Origin: Alphaproteobacteria bacterium
Lineage (GTDB): Bacteria > Pseudomonadota > Alphaproteobacteria > MPNO01 > UBA830
NCBI GenBank assembly: GCA_965243135.1
Contig: OZ251539.1
Span: forward strand, 1,184,001-1,248,000
Direction of reading: 5' to 3'
Length of the DNA: 64,000 nt
Shown: positions 31,456 to 44,395 of the stretch, in pieces
Layout: every line of letters starts with the position of its first letter
Position numbering within the stretch: position 1 is the first letter of the stretch
Notes under the pieces: generated by a model
What the model was told of the DNA's origin: nothing
Databases searched by the model: none
What the model saw: only the letters and a program-made list of their open reading frames with translations
Made by a program: the position numbers and the translations under genes

Positions 31456-33026
31456 AGCCGGGAGCCGTCGACGTCCCGTTCGGACATTTCGGCAGGTGCC
31501 GCCTCCGTGCGCGCCGACGGCTTGACGGGACGCGCTGCCGAGGGAAAGCGCGGCCCGGCGTTCGGCCGGACTCCGTCTCCTCCTTGACGGCTCCGGCATG
31601 GCGGCCTACCCTCTTCGGATGACGAGACGCATGCTTCCGACCGGCTTGACCTCCCTCCGGAAAATCCGGACGAGGGACTGCTACTACGTCGACAAGACGG
31701 ACCATGTGCGTCGTCTCGCCGAAGGGGGCGATTACTATTTCCTGTCGCGTCCGCGCCGGTTCGGCAAGACCCTGCTGGTGGACACGCTGCAGAAGCTGTT
31801 CGAGGGAAGCGAGGAGCCGTTCCGGGGCCTCGCCATACACGACGGGTGGGACTGGTCGGCGCGCCATCCGGTCGTGCGGCTGGATTTCAGCGGCGTGGGC
31901 CGTTTCGACGGCCCGGACGGGGTTCGGGGAACCGTGGAAGCGCAGTTGGAAGAGACGGAGATGCAGGCTGGCCTCGAACCGGGCCCCGCCGGGGCGGCGA
32001 TCCGTTTCCGGCACCTGATAAGGACGCTGCACGAGCGCACCGGGCAGCGGGCGGTCGTTCTGGTGGACGAGTACGACAAGCCGATCCTGGACGCGCTCGG
32101 CGACCGGGAACTGGCGCTGGCCAACCGCGACTTCCTGCGCAGCCTGTACGGCGTGATCAAGGCTTGCGACGAGCAGCTCCGTTTCGTTTTCCTGACGGGG
32201 GTGAGCAAGTTATCGGGCCTGTTCTCGGGCCTGAACAACCTGAACGACATCACGCTGGACGAGCGCTACGGCGCCATATGCGGCTACACCGACGACGAGC
32301 TGGACGCGGTGTTCGCCCCGGAACTCGACGGCCTGGACCGGGACGAGGTCCGCCGCTGGTACAACGGCTACAACTGGCTCGGACCGGAGAGGGTCTACAA
32401 CCCGCACGACATCCTGCTGCTGTTCGACAAGCGCAGATTCCGCCCGTACTGGTTCCAGAGCGGCACGCCGACCTTCCTCGCCGATCTTCTGGCGCGGCGC
32501 CGGGTCTCGGCGCCGGCTCTGGAGGGCATATTCGCGAACGACGACCTGCTGTCGGCCATCGACATCGACCGCATCCCCGTCGAAACGCTGTTGTTCCAGA
32601 CCGGTTATCTGACCATCGCCGACGAGAATCTGGACGAGGACGCGCCCCTCTACCGGCTGGACTACCCGAACCAGGAGGTGAAGCGCAGCCTGAACGCGCT
32701 CCTGCTGGAGACGATGGCACCGGACATCGCGGTCGCGGCGGAGAGCCGGAAGCTGCGTTGCCTGATGCGCGCGAACGACTTCGCAGGCGTCGAACGGCTG
32801 TTCCGGGCGTTCCTGGCGAGCATTCCGAACGAGTGGTACGCGAACACGGGCCTGGCGGGGGCGCACTACGCGAGCGTGTTCTACTCTCATTTCGTGGCGG
32901 CGGGGATGGACGTCCGCGCCGAGGAGAGCACGGCGCGCGGCCGTTCGGACCTGGCGGTCCTGTACGACGGCGGCGTCTACCTGTTCGAGTTCAAGGTCGT
33001 GGACGGGAAGCCGGAAGGCCGGGCGC

Positions 33027-35267
33027 CTTTCATCCCCCCATTGTCGAGTCCTTGAGCATGTCGTTGTTCCGTAGCGCCTTGTATATTTGAACGTAGGCCT
33101 TGAGGTAGCCGTAGCCCTGCCAGATGGTCCCGGGCAAGGGCTGGCGTTTGGAGGGGATGAAGCCCGCGAGCCGTCCCACGTCGACCACGAAGGTCTGGAC
33201 GTCGAGGTTTTCGGGCGGCGACCTGCTCTTGACCATGCCTCGTTCGGCAAGGTAAAGCACCGCAATTTCATCTTCGTCCGCGACTTCGGCGGCGGGGGCG
33301 TCCGGCCTGTCCCGCGCCATGCGCTGGAAGTCGAAGACCCGGCATGCGGTAATGGCGTCGAAAGCAAGGCACTTTCGGAGGTCGTCGGCATCGTCGAACT
33401 GCCGGTCTTCGATGCCCATGCCGGACTTGAGGGCCTTGAAGTATTCTTCGATCGTCCAGCGCCGTTCGTACCACTTTACGACGCGCACCGCGTCGTCTTT
33501 CTCGGGTTTGCCCTCCGTCGTGAGCAACAGCCAGTCGAGGCCTTGCGGTCCTGCGACCGACACGGCGAGCATGGAGAGAGGCGCGTCGCCGGTCCTGTCG
33601 CCGGGCGGCACGAGCCGGACGCGGGCGGCGCGGATGTCAAGCGTCACCTCGCGTTTCTTGCGCGCCCGCTTGCCGCCGCAGGCGGCGAGGTTCAGCGACC
33701 TCCGGGTCAGCACCGGCTGTTCCGCCATGTGGTTCCAAAGCCCTTTTTTGCTGCCATCTTCGCACAGCACGCGCCGCCGCTTCGAGCGGCAGGCGCGCAC
33801 CACCAGGCCGGCACCCGCCGCGACCGCCCTCGACAGCAGTTCCATCCCCTTCCCGGTCGCACACGGTGATGACCTGCGTGTCGGGGCAGGCGCGCGCGAT
33901 TTCCTGCGCCTTGTCGAAGTGGCCAGCGGACGCTCTCGCTTTCGTCCTTGTCGTCGCGCATGGTGGCGTCGATCTCGAAGACCCCGAGCGGGCGTCTTGA
34001 GGTCGCAAGTCCGAAGTGGGCGGCGATGCCTTTGGTTCCCGACCCGCCGCCGCCGAGCGGCACCAGGTGGCTTGCAGGCCGTTGTAATTCAGCATCGTCG
34101 TGTCCTGGACCGCTAGAACCACGCGCTCCTTGCGGCAGCGCTCGACCATGCATTCCTTGTGCGACTCGAGAACGTGCTCCATGCTCACCCTCGGATTCGA
34201 CAGCAGCCGGTAGGCTGCTTTCTGATCTTCCTTGTCCGGGAAGATCACCGGTACCGGTTCGCCGGGCCGTGCCTCCCATGCGCGCCCCATTCGTACCACC
34301 GCGAATGCGTCCGTCCGGGTGCGTTCCGCGTCCCATTCCGCCCAATCGTCGGACGGAGGTGCCTCCGGGGCGAGGCCGAGCATCCGTTCCGGTTCCCGGC
34401 GCAGCCGCTCTTTCCAGTCGGCGGCCAGCGGCTTCGACCGACCGTGCGACGCCCCTCTCCATGGCGCCTGGCGGCAACCCCGACGTCGGCCTGCCGCAAC
34501 GCTCCCATCCTGCCGCGCGATAGCAAGCGCCGGAATGGTCGGGAGAGACGTAAGTGTAGGCCGGACGCACGCCGTAGGCGGCTTCCCAATCGCCGGGCAG
34601 TCGCGTCGCCGCGAGGTCGAGAACGTGCGACGCAAGCCCGCGCACGCGCACCCCCGGCAACAGCAGAAACCGGTTATTGTTGACCATCCGTTGCAGGTTG
34701 GCGACCCGTGCGTCCGCCGACCAGCCGACGAACTCATCGCGCGCTTTCTGGTGCCAACTGGCGGCGCAGAAAGCGATGCCGCCCAGTCGGCCATGACGGG
34801 ACGACACGATCCAGTAACACCTTTGCGCGCCCGGCGGACGCATCCATCGCTGCGGATGATGGGTTGCCATCATCGAGCGCCACCGCTCCTTGTCGGCGCT
34901 CCCAGAAACCGGTTCCAGCGCGACTTCTCCGACCTCCGCCAGACTGCAGCGAAGCGACAGGTTCGGAAAATTCCGGGCCGGCGCCTTCTGCGGCAGGCGC
35001 TCCTGCGGCGGCGGCAAGGCGATCCCGAGTTTCTCGGCGAGCTTCGGCAGGATCCGTCGCGCCGAGGCGAGGCAAAGTTCGCCCTTCTCATTGCGCCAGT
35101 TCTCGCGCTCGCACAGCCCGTGGGCCAACTGACGCCGGGTGCGACCACCCTCGGCGACTGCCGCTCGGAACCACTCGATACTGTCCGCATGGAAACGGTG
35201 AAGTCCAACTTGCATACGCCGAAAGTAGCGTCACCGATTCATGGAATCAACTATTATTTGACGAAAG
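33027..35267 (-). mobile_element. IS4-family (IS50/Tn5-like) element, 2241 bp, with decayed DUF4338-transposase fusion
   Basis: 9-bp target duplication GCCGGGCGC at 33018-33026 and 35268-35276; imperfect TIRs CTTTCATC.. / CTTTCGTC..; DDE motifs QDTT, DREGD, WYERRWTIEEYFKALK. Confidence 0.92.
33030..35215 (-). pseudogene. DUF4338 (DruA-like) domain fused to IS4 transposase, several frameshifts
   Basis: N-part: AASW....RD.FVGW, VNNNRFLLLP.VRV.GLASHVL, GACYRAAGW; C-part: AAYRLLSNPRV, WLLLTT, LAGF..SKRQPLPG. Confidence 0.85.
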
Positions 35268-35554
35268 GCCGGGCGCTGGCGCAGATTCGGGAGCGCGGCT
35301 ATGCGGACAAGTACCGGCGTCCGGGCGTTCCGGTCCACCTGATCGGGATCGAGTTCGGCCGGGAGAAGCGCAACATCGTCGGGTTCGAGTTCGAAACCGT
35401 CTGAAGCCGGGAGCCGTCGACGTCCCGTTCGGACATTTCGGCAGGTGCCGCCTCCGCGAAAGGTGCCGGTAGGTCGCGTCGCAGGCCGCCATGCTCCTCG
35501 TTGAGGACGGCCGTTGTTTCCGCCGGGTCGCCGCCTTGCCTTGTGCGCCGGCGG

Positions 35555-35753
35555 CTTGACGGGACGCGCTGCCGAGGCGTGGCGCGGGAACCTCGGTCCA
35601 GCGTTCGGCCGAGCGAGGCGGCCCCGCTTCCTCGAGCGAAGAATCCTCCAAGTCCGCCGCAGAGGTTCGTTCGCGGCCGCCGCCTGCGGCAACCGAATCG
35701 GTTCGCGAAAGTCCGAGGAAATGCAGCGCAACGGAAAAACGCGGAAACGCGAA
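35555..35753. repeat. Degenerate dispersed non-coding repeat, copy B (right end of AAA array)
   Basis: Aligns with 14183-14410; contains GGCCGAGCGAGGCGG, also found at 28048-28062. Confidence 0.75.
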
Positions 35754-35920
35754 GGTAGCGTCTGCGTGGGAGCGCTTTGGAATCGTCAGGCTCGCGGTTG
35801 GATCCGTTGCGCGAACTTCTGTATCCGTGACGTCCCCTCGGCCCGGTCAAACTGCAACCTCGGCGGCCACGCACGGCAAGAGAAGGGCGTGCTCCGATGA
35901 TCGGGAAGCGCGAGTTGGCC

Positions 35921-37114
35921 ATGCGTCACAGACATCCTGCCGTGCTGGTTTTCGGAGGCTTTCTGGCGCTTGCCGTCGCTATCGGCATCGGGCGCTTCGC
36001 CTATACGCCCATCCTGCCCTACATGGTGGAAGGTTTGGGGATCAGCAAATCCGAGGCCGGCCTTCTCGCATCGGCGAATTTCCTCGGATATCTCTTGGGT
36101 GCCCTGGGCGCGGCGAAAGCGGCGGTGCCGGGCAGTCGACGATTCTGGTTGCTGAGCGCGCTGGCGACGAGCGCGGTCACGACCATGGCCATGGCGCTGA
36201 CGGAGGCGATCCACCTGTTCCTGGTATTTCGCTTCGCCGCAGGCGTTGCGAGCGCGTTGGTCATGGTATTCGGTTCCGCGTTGATCCTGGATCGGTTGCC
36301 GGCCCGGCCCGAGCGGGCGGCCGGGCTTTATGCAGGCGTCGGCTTCGGCATCGCCATCTCGGCCCTGACGGTTTCCGGGGTCGCCTCGAACGACGGCGAC
36401 TGGCAGCCTCCATGGGTGGTGAACGGCATCGTCTCGGCATGCGCCGTCGCCGCGATTTTCTGTCTGATACCTCGGCAGGAGGAAATGCCTCCGCCGTTGC
36501 CGGAAAAGCCGACCGCGGAAGGAGACGGCGCGATCCGGCAACTCGTCATTGCCTATGGCCTGTTCGGTTTTGGCTACGTCGTCACCGCGACGTTCGTGTC
36601 CGACATGATGCGCGAAAATTCGCTCCTGCGGCCGGCGGAACACATGGTGTGGCTTTGCGTCGGGTTGGCGGCCGTGCCCTCGGTGGCGTTGTGGATGCGG
36701 GCCGGCCGGCGATGGGGCAGCGGCCGGTCTTTCGCCGTCGCTTGCCTGTTGGAGGCGGTAGGCGTCGCCCTCAGCGCATTCGGCGACGACCCCTGGCTTC
36801 TCTTGGCGGCGGCAGGCCTTCTTGGCGGCACCTTCATGGGGATTACCGCGCTTGGCCTCGTCCAGGCGCGCCTGTTGTCCGCGGGCGATTCGCGCCGGGT
36901 TCTCGCATTGATGACCGCTTCGTTCGGGATTGGCCAGATGGTCGGTCCGCTTTTCGGAGGGGTGGCTTACGACCTGCTGGGCAGCTATGCGCCGCCGTCG
37001 CTGGTCGCCGCCGCGGCCCTTGTCGCGGCCGCCATTCTCGCTATCCGCTTACCGTTGCCTGGCAGTCGGCGGATCGCCGGGATTCGGCGGACATCTTCCG
37101 GATCTCGACAATAA
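35921..37114 (+). CDS. YbfB/YjiJ-family MFS transporter
   Basis: GIGRFAYTPILP.M, ASANFLGYL, GGTFMGIT, MTASFGIGQMVGP. Confidence 0.9.
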   Translation: MRHRHPAVLVFGGFLALAVAIGIGRFAYTPILPYMVEGLGISKSEAGLLASANFLGYLLGALGAAKAAVPGSRRFWLLSALATSAVTTMAMALTEAIHLFLVFRFAAGVASALVMVFGSALILDRLPARPERAAGLYAGVGFGIAISALTVSGVASNDGDWQPPWVVNGIVSACAVAAIFCLIPRQEEMPPPLPEKPTAEGDGAIRQLVIAYGLFGFGYVVTATFVSDMMRENSLLRPAEHMVWLCVGLAAVPSVALWMRAGRRWGSGRSFAVACLLEAVGVALSAFGDDPWLLLAAAGLLGGTFMGITALGLVQARLLSAGDSRRVLALMTASFGIGQMVGPLFGGVAYDLLGSYAPPSLVAAAALVAAAILAIRLPLPGSRRIAGIRRTSSGSRQ

Positions 37115-37820
37115 CCGCCGCTCGAACTGTCCTCGGAATCGGGTCGCGCCGCGGTCGCCGGACAAACGGGCCGACGGAGGCGATGCCAAAGCCCGCCCGC
37201 GCGTTCGACGCAAAAGGAGACCCGGGTCGTTCCATGCGAAACGGTCGGGCAGAGACTCGAGGCTGAAGCCCTGACGGCTCCATCGAACTTTGTAGCGCGA
37301 CGCGGCGGATTCTCAGGCGGGCGTCCAGTCGCGACGAAACGTCGATAAGCGGTCAGGCGGCGCGGATAAACAAAACGGAGATTGTCCACTGCCCCCATGC
37401 CCGAAAGCAATCGCCGCCTGACCGACCAAAACCATTACCCGATCCGTACCATGGAGTAAAACGGCGAAGCGACCGCCGGGATCCGGAAACGGCTTGGGCT
37501 CGGCGGAGAGGGGGCGAACGAGCGCTGCCGTGCGCCAGGGGACTTCCTCGGAAGGCGGGACGAAGCGAAATGCGGCGCAGGACCGGGAGGTCGGCGGCGG
37601 GCTGTTGCGCCCGGCGGCGCTGCATGGAGCGCAACTCGCGCGTCCGGAGCGGCCGCGCCCGAGCGGGTGTCCTGCATCGATTCCAAAGCCTTCCGGGCGG
37701 CGGTTGCGCCCGACGATTTCAGGCCGCGCGGCCGCGAACTCGCGACGCGGTCCGAACTGCCTTCGCGCCGACGTTCTGCGGTGCGCAAGCGCGGCAACGG
37801 TTCCTTGTCGGAACGGCAAT

Positions 37821-38200
37821 TCAGGCAAACGGAAGAGTTCTGCCGATTCCACGGATCTTGGCTTTGTCCAGCATCGCCGCTCCGAGCGCGATGTCGCTGA
37901 GGCTGAGCCCGCGATGCCAGAACAGGTTCGTCTCGTCGCCGCTTTCGCGCCCCGGCTTCATGTCGGCGACGATTTCCCCCATTTCGGCGTCGCTGCGGAT
38001 TTGTCGCGAAGCCGACTCGGTGCGCGTATCCCTTTGCATGTTCGTCCGCTATGCCGCACGGCACTGCGAGGCGCGGCGGAAACTCTTCTCTGCGGATTGC
38101 AAGACCGGCGACGTCGGAGGAAGCGGTCGCCATCGCGCTCGGCGACGAAACGGTCGTCCACGGTTTTGTCGATGAAGGAACTTGCGACCGTCGTTCGCGA
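37821..38200 (-). pseudogene. Ornithine cyclodeaminase/mu-crystallin family C-terminal relic
   Basis: EMGEIVA..KPGRES.DET.LFWHRGLSLSDIALG.AML.KA...GIG; upstream part decayed, boundary approximate. Confidence 0.75.
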
Positions 38201-38421
38201 AAGGTGCCGGACGCGGCACGGTCTCGGGTTTGAAGCTGCGCTTGCAACGCGGCCAGCGCGACGGATCGGCATTCCCGCGCCATATCGGGCGCGGCCGGAA
38301 ACCAAACACGCAACTCCACTACAAAAAGCGCCGAAATGCGCAATATAACCGGTACTTCATCGGCAGTCGGTTTTCGAAGATTACGATCCGCCCGGAATAT
38401 TCCATTCTTCTTCTTCGTTCG

Positions 38422-39067
38422 TCAACAGCGTTCGTATCCATTCTTTCTGAACCTTTTCAGCGCGTCGATCCGTTTTGCGGCGTCCCTGCTAACCCTCTTG
38501 TAGTGTTGAATCGCAGGGTCGGTGAACATATCGTAGAACTCCTTGGAATCCCGAGTCCAGTCGATTTCGTCCCATACCTGGTTCAAGGTGTAATTGAGAC
38601 GAATCTGGCCAGTTCCAAGATTTTCTATTCGATACGCATCATAGGGAAGCATGATAAAAGGCGCGACATATTCCAAATCTCGTTTGCCGCCCCGTTCGAA
38701 CGATTTGTTATGTCCAAACTCGGCAATCAGAAAAATCCCATTGTCGTTCGCCAGAAATTTGAGCAGGTTTCCTACTGCGCAAAATCCACCGTCGGAAAAT
38801 TTTCTGGAATCCAAATCTTTGGTTTTGACGTCTATGCCGACGAGCATGTCGTCTTTTTGAAAACCGAAGTCGAAAATTGTCCTTCTTCCGGGTCGAGAGA
38901 GGGGCTCATATTCAAGTTCCATGCAAATTCGCTTCCAATTGTCGGCAATCCTTTCCTCGATCATTGCGCCAAACGCTCGAGAATCTTCGCGTTCCGATAC
39001 GCTCGAACGCAGTTCGTCGAAAACGGAATGGAATTGCCGTTTGACGGGATACTTTCTTCATGTCCAT
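38422..39067 (-). pseudogene. Orphan restriction-endonuclease-like PD-(D/E)XK protein, probable 5' frameshift
   Basis: AT-rich; AFGAMIEE...IFDF..(x)..GIDVKTK fits an E...D...D-x-K nuclease core; ATGs at 39067/39061 are out of frame with the body. Confidence 0.55.
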
Positions 39068-39072
39068 TGCCG

Positions 39073-42009
<2,937 letters not shown>

Positions 42010-42348
42010 CGGTGCCGCTGAGCGTTCTTCGGAGCGATGGATTCCAGCGATTTTTTAACGTTGCGTCTCGTTGCCCATGAACCACAACATGTTGACCAAA
42101 CCGCTCGGCAGGATTATGAACCCAGCGGACGGTGCTGCGCAAGCGGGATCGGCGGGAAAATGCAGCCGTTTTTCGGAACCGGCCGACCGGGCGGATTCCG
42201 GCCGGAAGGACGTCGTCCCCGGCTGTCCTTCGCCTTGACTCGCCGGCCGGCCTGCAATGCCCTCGCGACGGAGATATAAGCTGGCTCCTGCAACCTTGAA
42301 GCGCAACAATCGCCCGTGCGTTTGGAGAACTCGCCAGGAGAAGCGGTC

Positions 42349-43323
42349 ATGAAGAAACTCGCCATTCTCGACGATTATCAGGGCGTCGCCATGGAGATGG
42401 CCGACTGGTCGCCGTTGCGGAACGACGTGGAAATCGCGGTTTTCCGCGATCATCTGTCGGACGAGGACGCAGTGGCCGAACGCCTGCGGGATTTCGAGAT
42501 CGTCATGGCGATGCGGGAGCGAACGCCGTTTCCCCGTTCCCTTTTCGAGAAGTTGCCCCGACTCGAGCTTCTCGTCAGCAGCGGGATGAGGAATCTGTCG
42601 ATCGATCTCGAAGCCGCCGCCGACAACGGGGTGGTCTGCGCCGGCACGCCGTCGTTGGGCTATCCGACCGCCGAGTTGACGTGGGGACTGATTCACGCGC
42701 TGGCGCGGCACGTGGCGCTGGAGGATCGCGAAACCAGGGCCGGCGCATGGCAGAAGACGGTCGGAATCGGTCTGCGGGACAAGGTGCTCGGCGTGATGGG
42801 ACTCGGGCGCATCGGCATGGACGTCGCCCGCGTCGGCGCCGCCTTCGGCATGCGGGTGATCGCCTGGTCGCAGAATTTGACGCAGGAACGCTGCGACGAG
42901 GCCGGGGCGCGGTTGGCGAGCCGGGAGGAAATTCTCCGGACCTCGGATTTCCTGACGATCCATCTTCTGCTGAGCGACCGCACCCGGGGCCTGCTGCAGC
43001 GCGAAGATCTCGCTCTGATGAAATCGACCGCGTATCTCGTCAACACCTCCCGCGGTCCGATCGTGAACGAAGCGGCTCTGATCGAAGCGCTGCGGGACGA
43101 TCGCATCGCCGGCGCGGGGCTGGACGTCTTCGATACGGAACCGTTGCCGTCCGATCATCCGTTCCGGAATTTGCCGAATACCGTGATCACCCCGCATCTG
43201 GGCTACGTGACCGAGGAGAACTATCGGAACTGGTACGGCGGAACGGTCGAGAACGTCCGGTCATGGCTCGAGGGCGAGACGGTCAACGAAATGGCCAGCC
43301 GGAACCCTGCGAAACCCGGTTGA
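42349..43323 (+). CDS. D-2-hydroxyacid dehydrogenase family protein
   Basis: AILDDYQ, MRERT, GLGRIG, VNTSRG, LDVFDTEP, TPHLGY. Confidence 0.93.
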   Translation: MKKLAILDDYQGVAMEMADWSPLRNDVEIAVFRDHLSDEDAVAERLRDFEIVMAMRERTPFPRSLFEKLPRLELLVSSGMRNLSIDLEAAADNGVVCAGTPSLGYPTAELTWGLIHALARHVALEDRETRAGAWQKTVGIGLRDKVLGVMGLGRIGMDVARVGAAFGMRVIAWSQNLTQERCDEAGARLASREEILRTSDFLTIHLLLSDRTRGLLQREDLALMKSTAYLVNTSRGPIVNEAALIEALRDDRIAGAGLDVFDTEPLPSDHPFRNLPNTVITPHLGYVTEENYRNWYGGTVENVRSWLEGETVNEMASRNPAKPG

Positions 43324-43434
43324 CGCGGTCCTCCGGAGTTATCCACGCCGATTCGCTTTCCGATTCGCGATCCGCATGGTGACGCCGTCAGGTTCCGGTA
43401 TTATGGCCGAACCGAGTCGGCGGGAGAGCGAGTC

Positions 43435-43950
43435 ATGGCGGGCAGCGTGAACAAGGTGATTTTGATCGGAAACCTGGGGCGCGACCCCGAGGTGCGGCAT
43501 ATGAGAGACGGCAATCCCATGGTCAATCTGTCGGTCGCCACGTCCGAATCGTGGCGCGACAAGGCGACGGGCGAACGCCGCGACAAGACGGAATGGCATC
43601 GCGTCGTCATTTTCAACGATCGGCTTGCCGAAGTCGCGCAGAAGTATCTCCAGAAGGGGTCCAAAATCTATCTGGAAGGCCAGCTCCAGACCAGAAAATG
43701 GACGGACGACCAGAACATGGAGAGATATTCGACCGAAGTCGTGCTCAACCGCTTTCGCGGCGAACTGACGATGCTCGATTCCCGAAACGGAGGCGCCGGC
43801 GGCCGGCCGGGCGGCGACGGGGGCGGATCCTACGATAACGGCGGCGGTCCGCCCGCAGGCGATTCGTACGACGGCAGCGGCGGCGGATCCGGCGATTCGT
43901 TCGGCGGCGGAGGAGCCTCCGGCGACCTGGACGACGAGATTCCGTTCTGA
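43435..43950 (+). CDS. ssb: Single-stranded DNA-binding protein
   Basis: [32 protein letters not shown] tail. Confidence 0.98.
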   Translation: MAGSVNKVILIGNLGRDPEVRHMRDGNPMVNLSVATSESWRDKATGERRDKTEWHRVVIFNDRLAEVAQKYLQKGSKIYLEGQLQTRKWTDDQNMERYSTEVVLNRFRGELTMLDSRNGGAGGRPGGDGGGSYDNGGGPPAGDSYDGSGGGSGDSFGGGGASGDLDDEIPF

Positions 43951-43984
43951 CCGGCGTTTCCGCTCGAGCACGGAGGCCGAACGG

Positions 43985-44224
43985 ATGACGCTGCTTCGAA
44001 GGGCGATATTCATGGCTGCGCGCCGGATGGTGTCCGACCCGGTCGTTCAGGCGAAGGCGCGGGAACTAGCGCGCGACGAGATCGCGCCGCGCGTCGGCAA
44101 GGCGAAAGCGAAGGCCGGACATACGATGCGCGAACTCCGGGACGTTGCCGCCGAGACGTCGCCGGTCGAGAAACCCGGAGCGTTTTTCAAGGCCGCGCGC
44201 GACCGTCTCCGGAACGACGGGTAA
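43985..44224 (+). CDS. Small hypothetical protein
   Basis: 79-aa helical ORF with GGAGG RBS upstream. Confidence 0.6.
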   Translation: MTLLRRAIFMAARRMVSDPVVQAKARELARDEIAPRVGKAKAKAGHTMRELRDVAAETSPVEKPGAFFKAARDRLRNDG

Positions 44225-44395
44225 CCCGCCGCCGGCTCGTTCGAAGCGGGAAGCTCCCGCGTCGGCGGCCGGGCGCGGATCCGCCTCGGCGGACTGCGGT
44301 TTCGAGCTTGCCCGAAGCGTCCGATTCCGCTAAGTTCGCCGCGCTTCCGCGAACTGGCCCCGAGGGTCGTTAACCCCCATCCATGAAAGCTCTTT

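Larger units (their letters stand above)
31619..35404 (+). pseudogene. AAA-ATPase-like + PD-(D/E)XK protein, copy 3, split by IS insertion
   Basis: Matches copy 2 up to KPEGRA (33026); remainder LAQIRERGY...FEFETV resumes at 35277. Confidence 0.92.

Noticed and set aside
28112-33026. Diversity-generating retroelement explaining copy variation
   Set aside because: No reverse transcriptase; differences are block-wise and not adenine-specific
33707-35215. Complete Druantia system
   Set aside because: DUF4338 lies inside IS boundaries; no DruE helicase or other dru genes
28024-35753. AAA array spacers as a CRISPR array or integron attC sites
   Set aside because: Units are whole duplicated genes; no short regular repeat-spacer period, cas genes, intI or clear attC boxes
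42010-43434. Alphaproteobacterial LexA box (GTTC-N7-GTTC) before uvrA or ssb
   Set aside because: Only isolated half-sites; no correctly spaced pair
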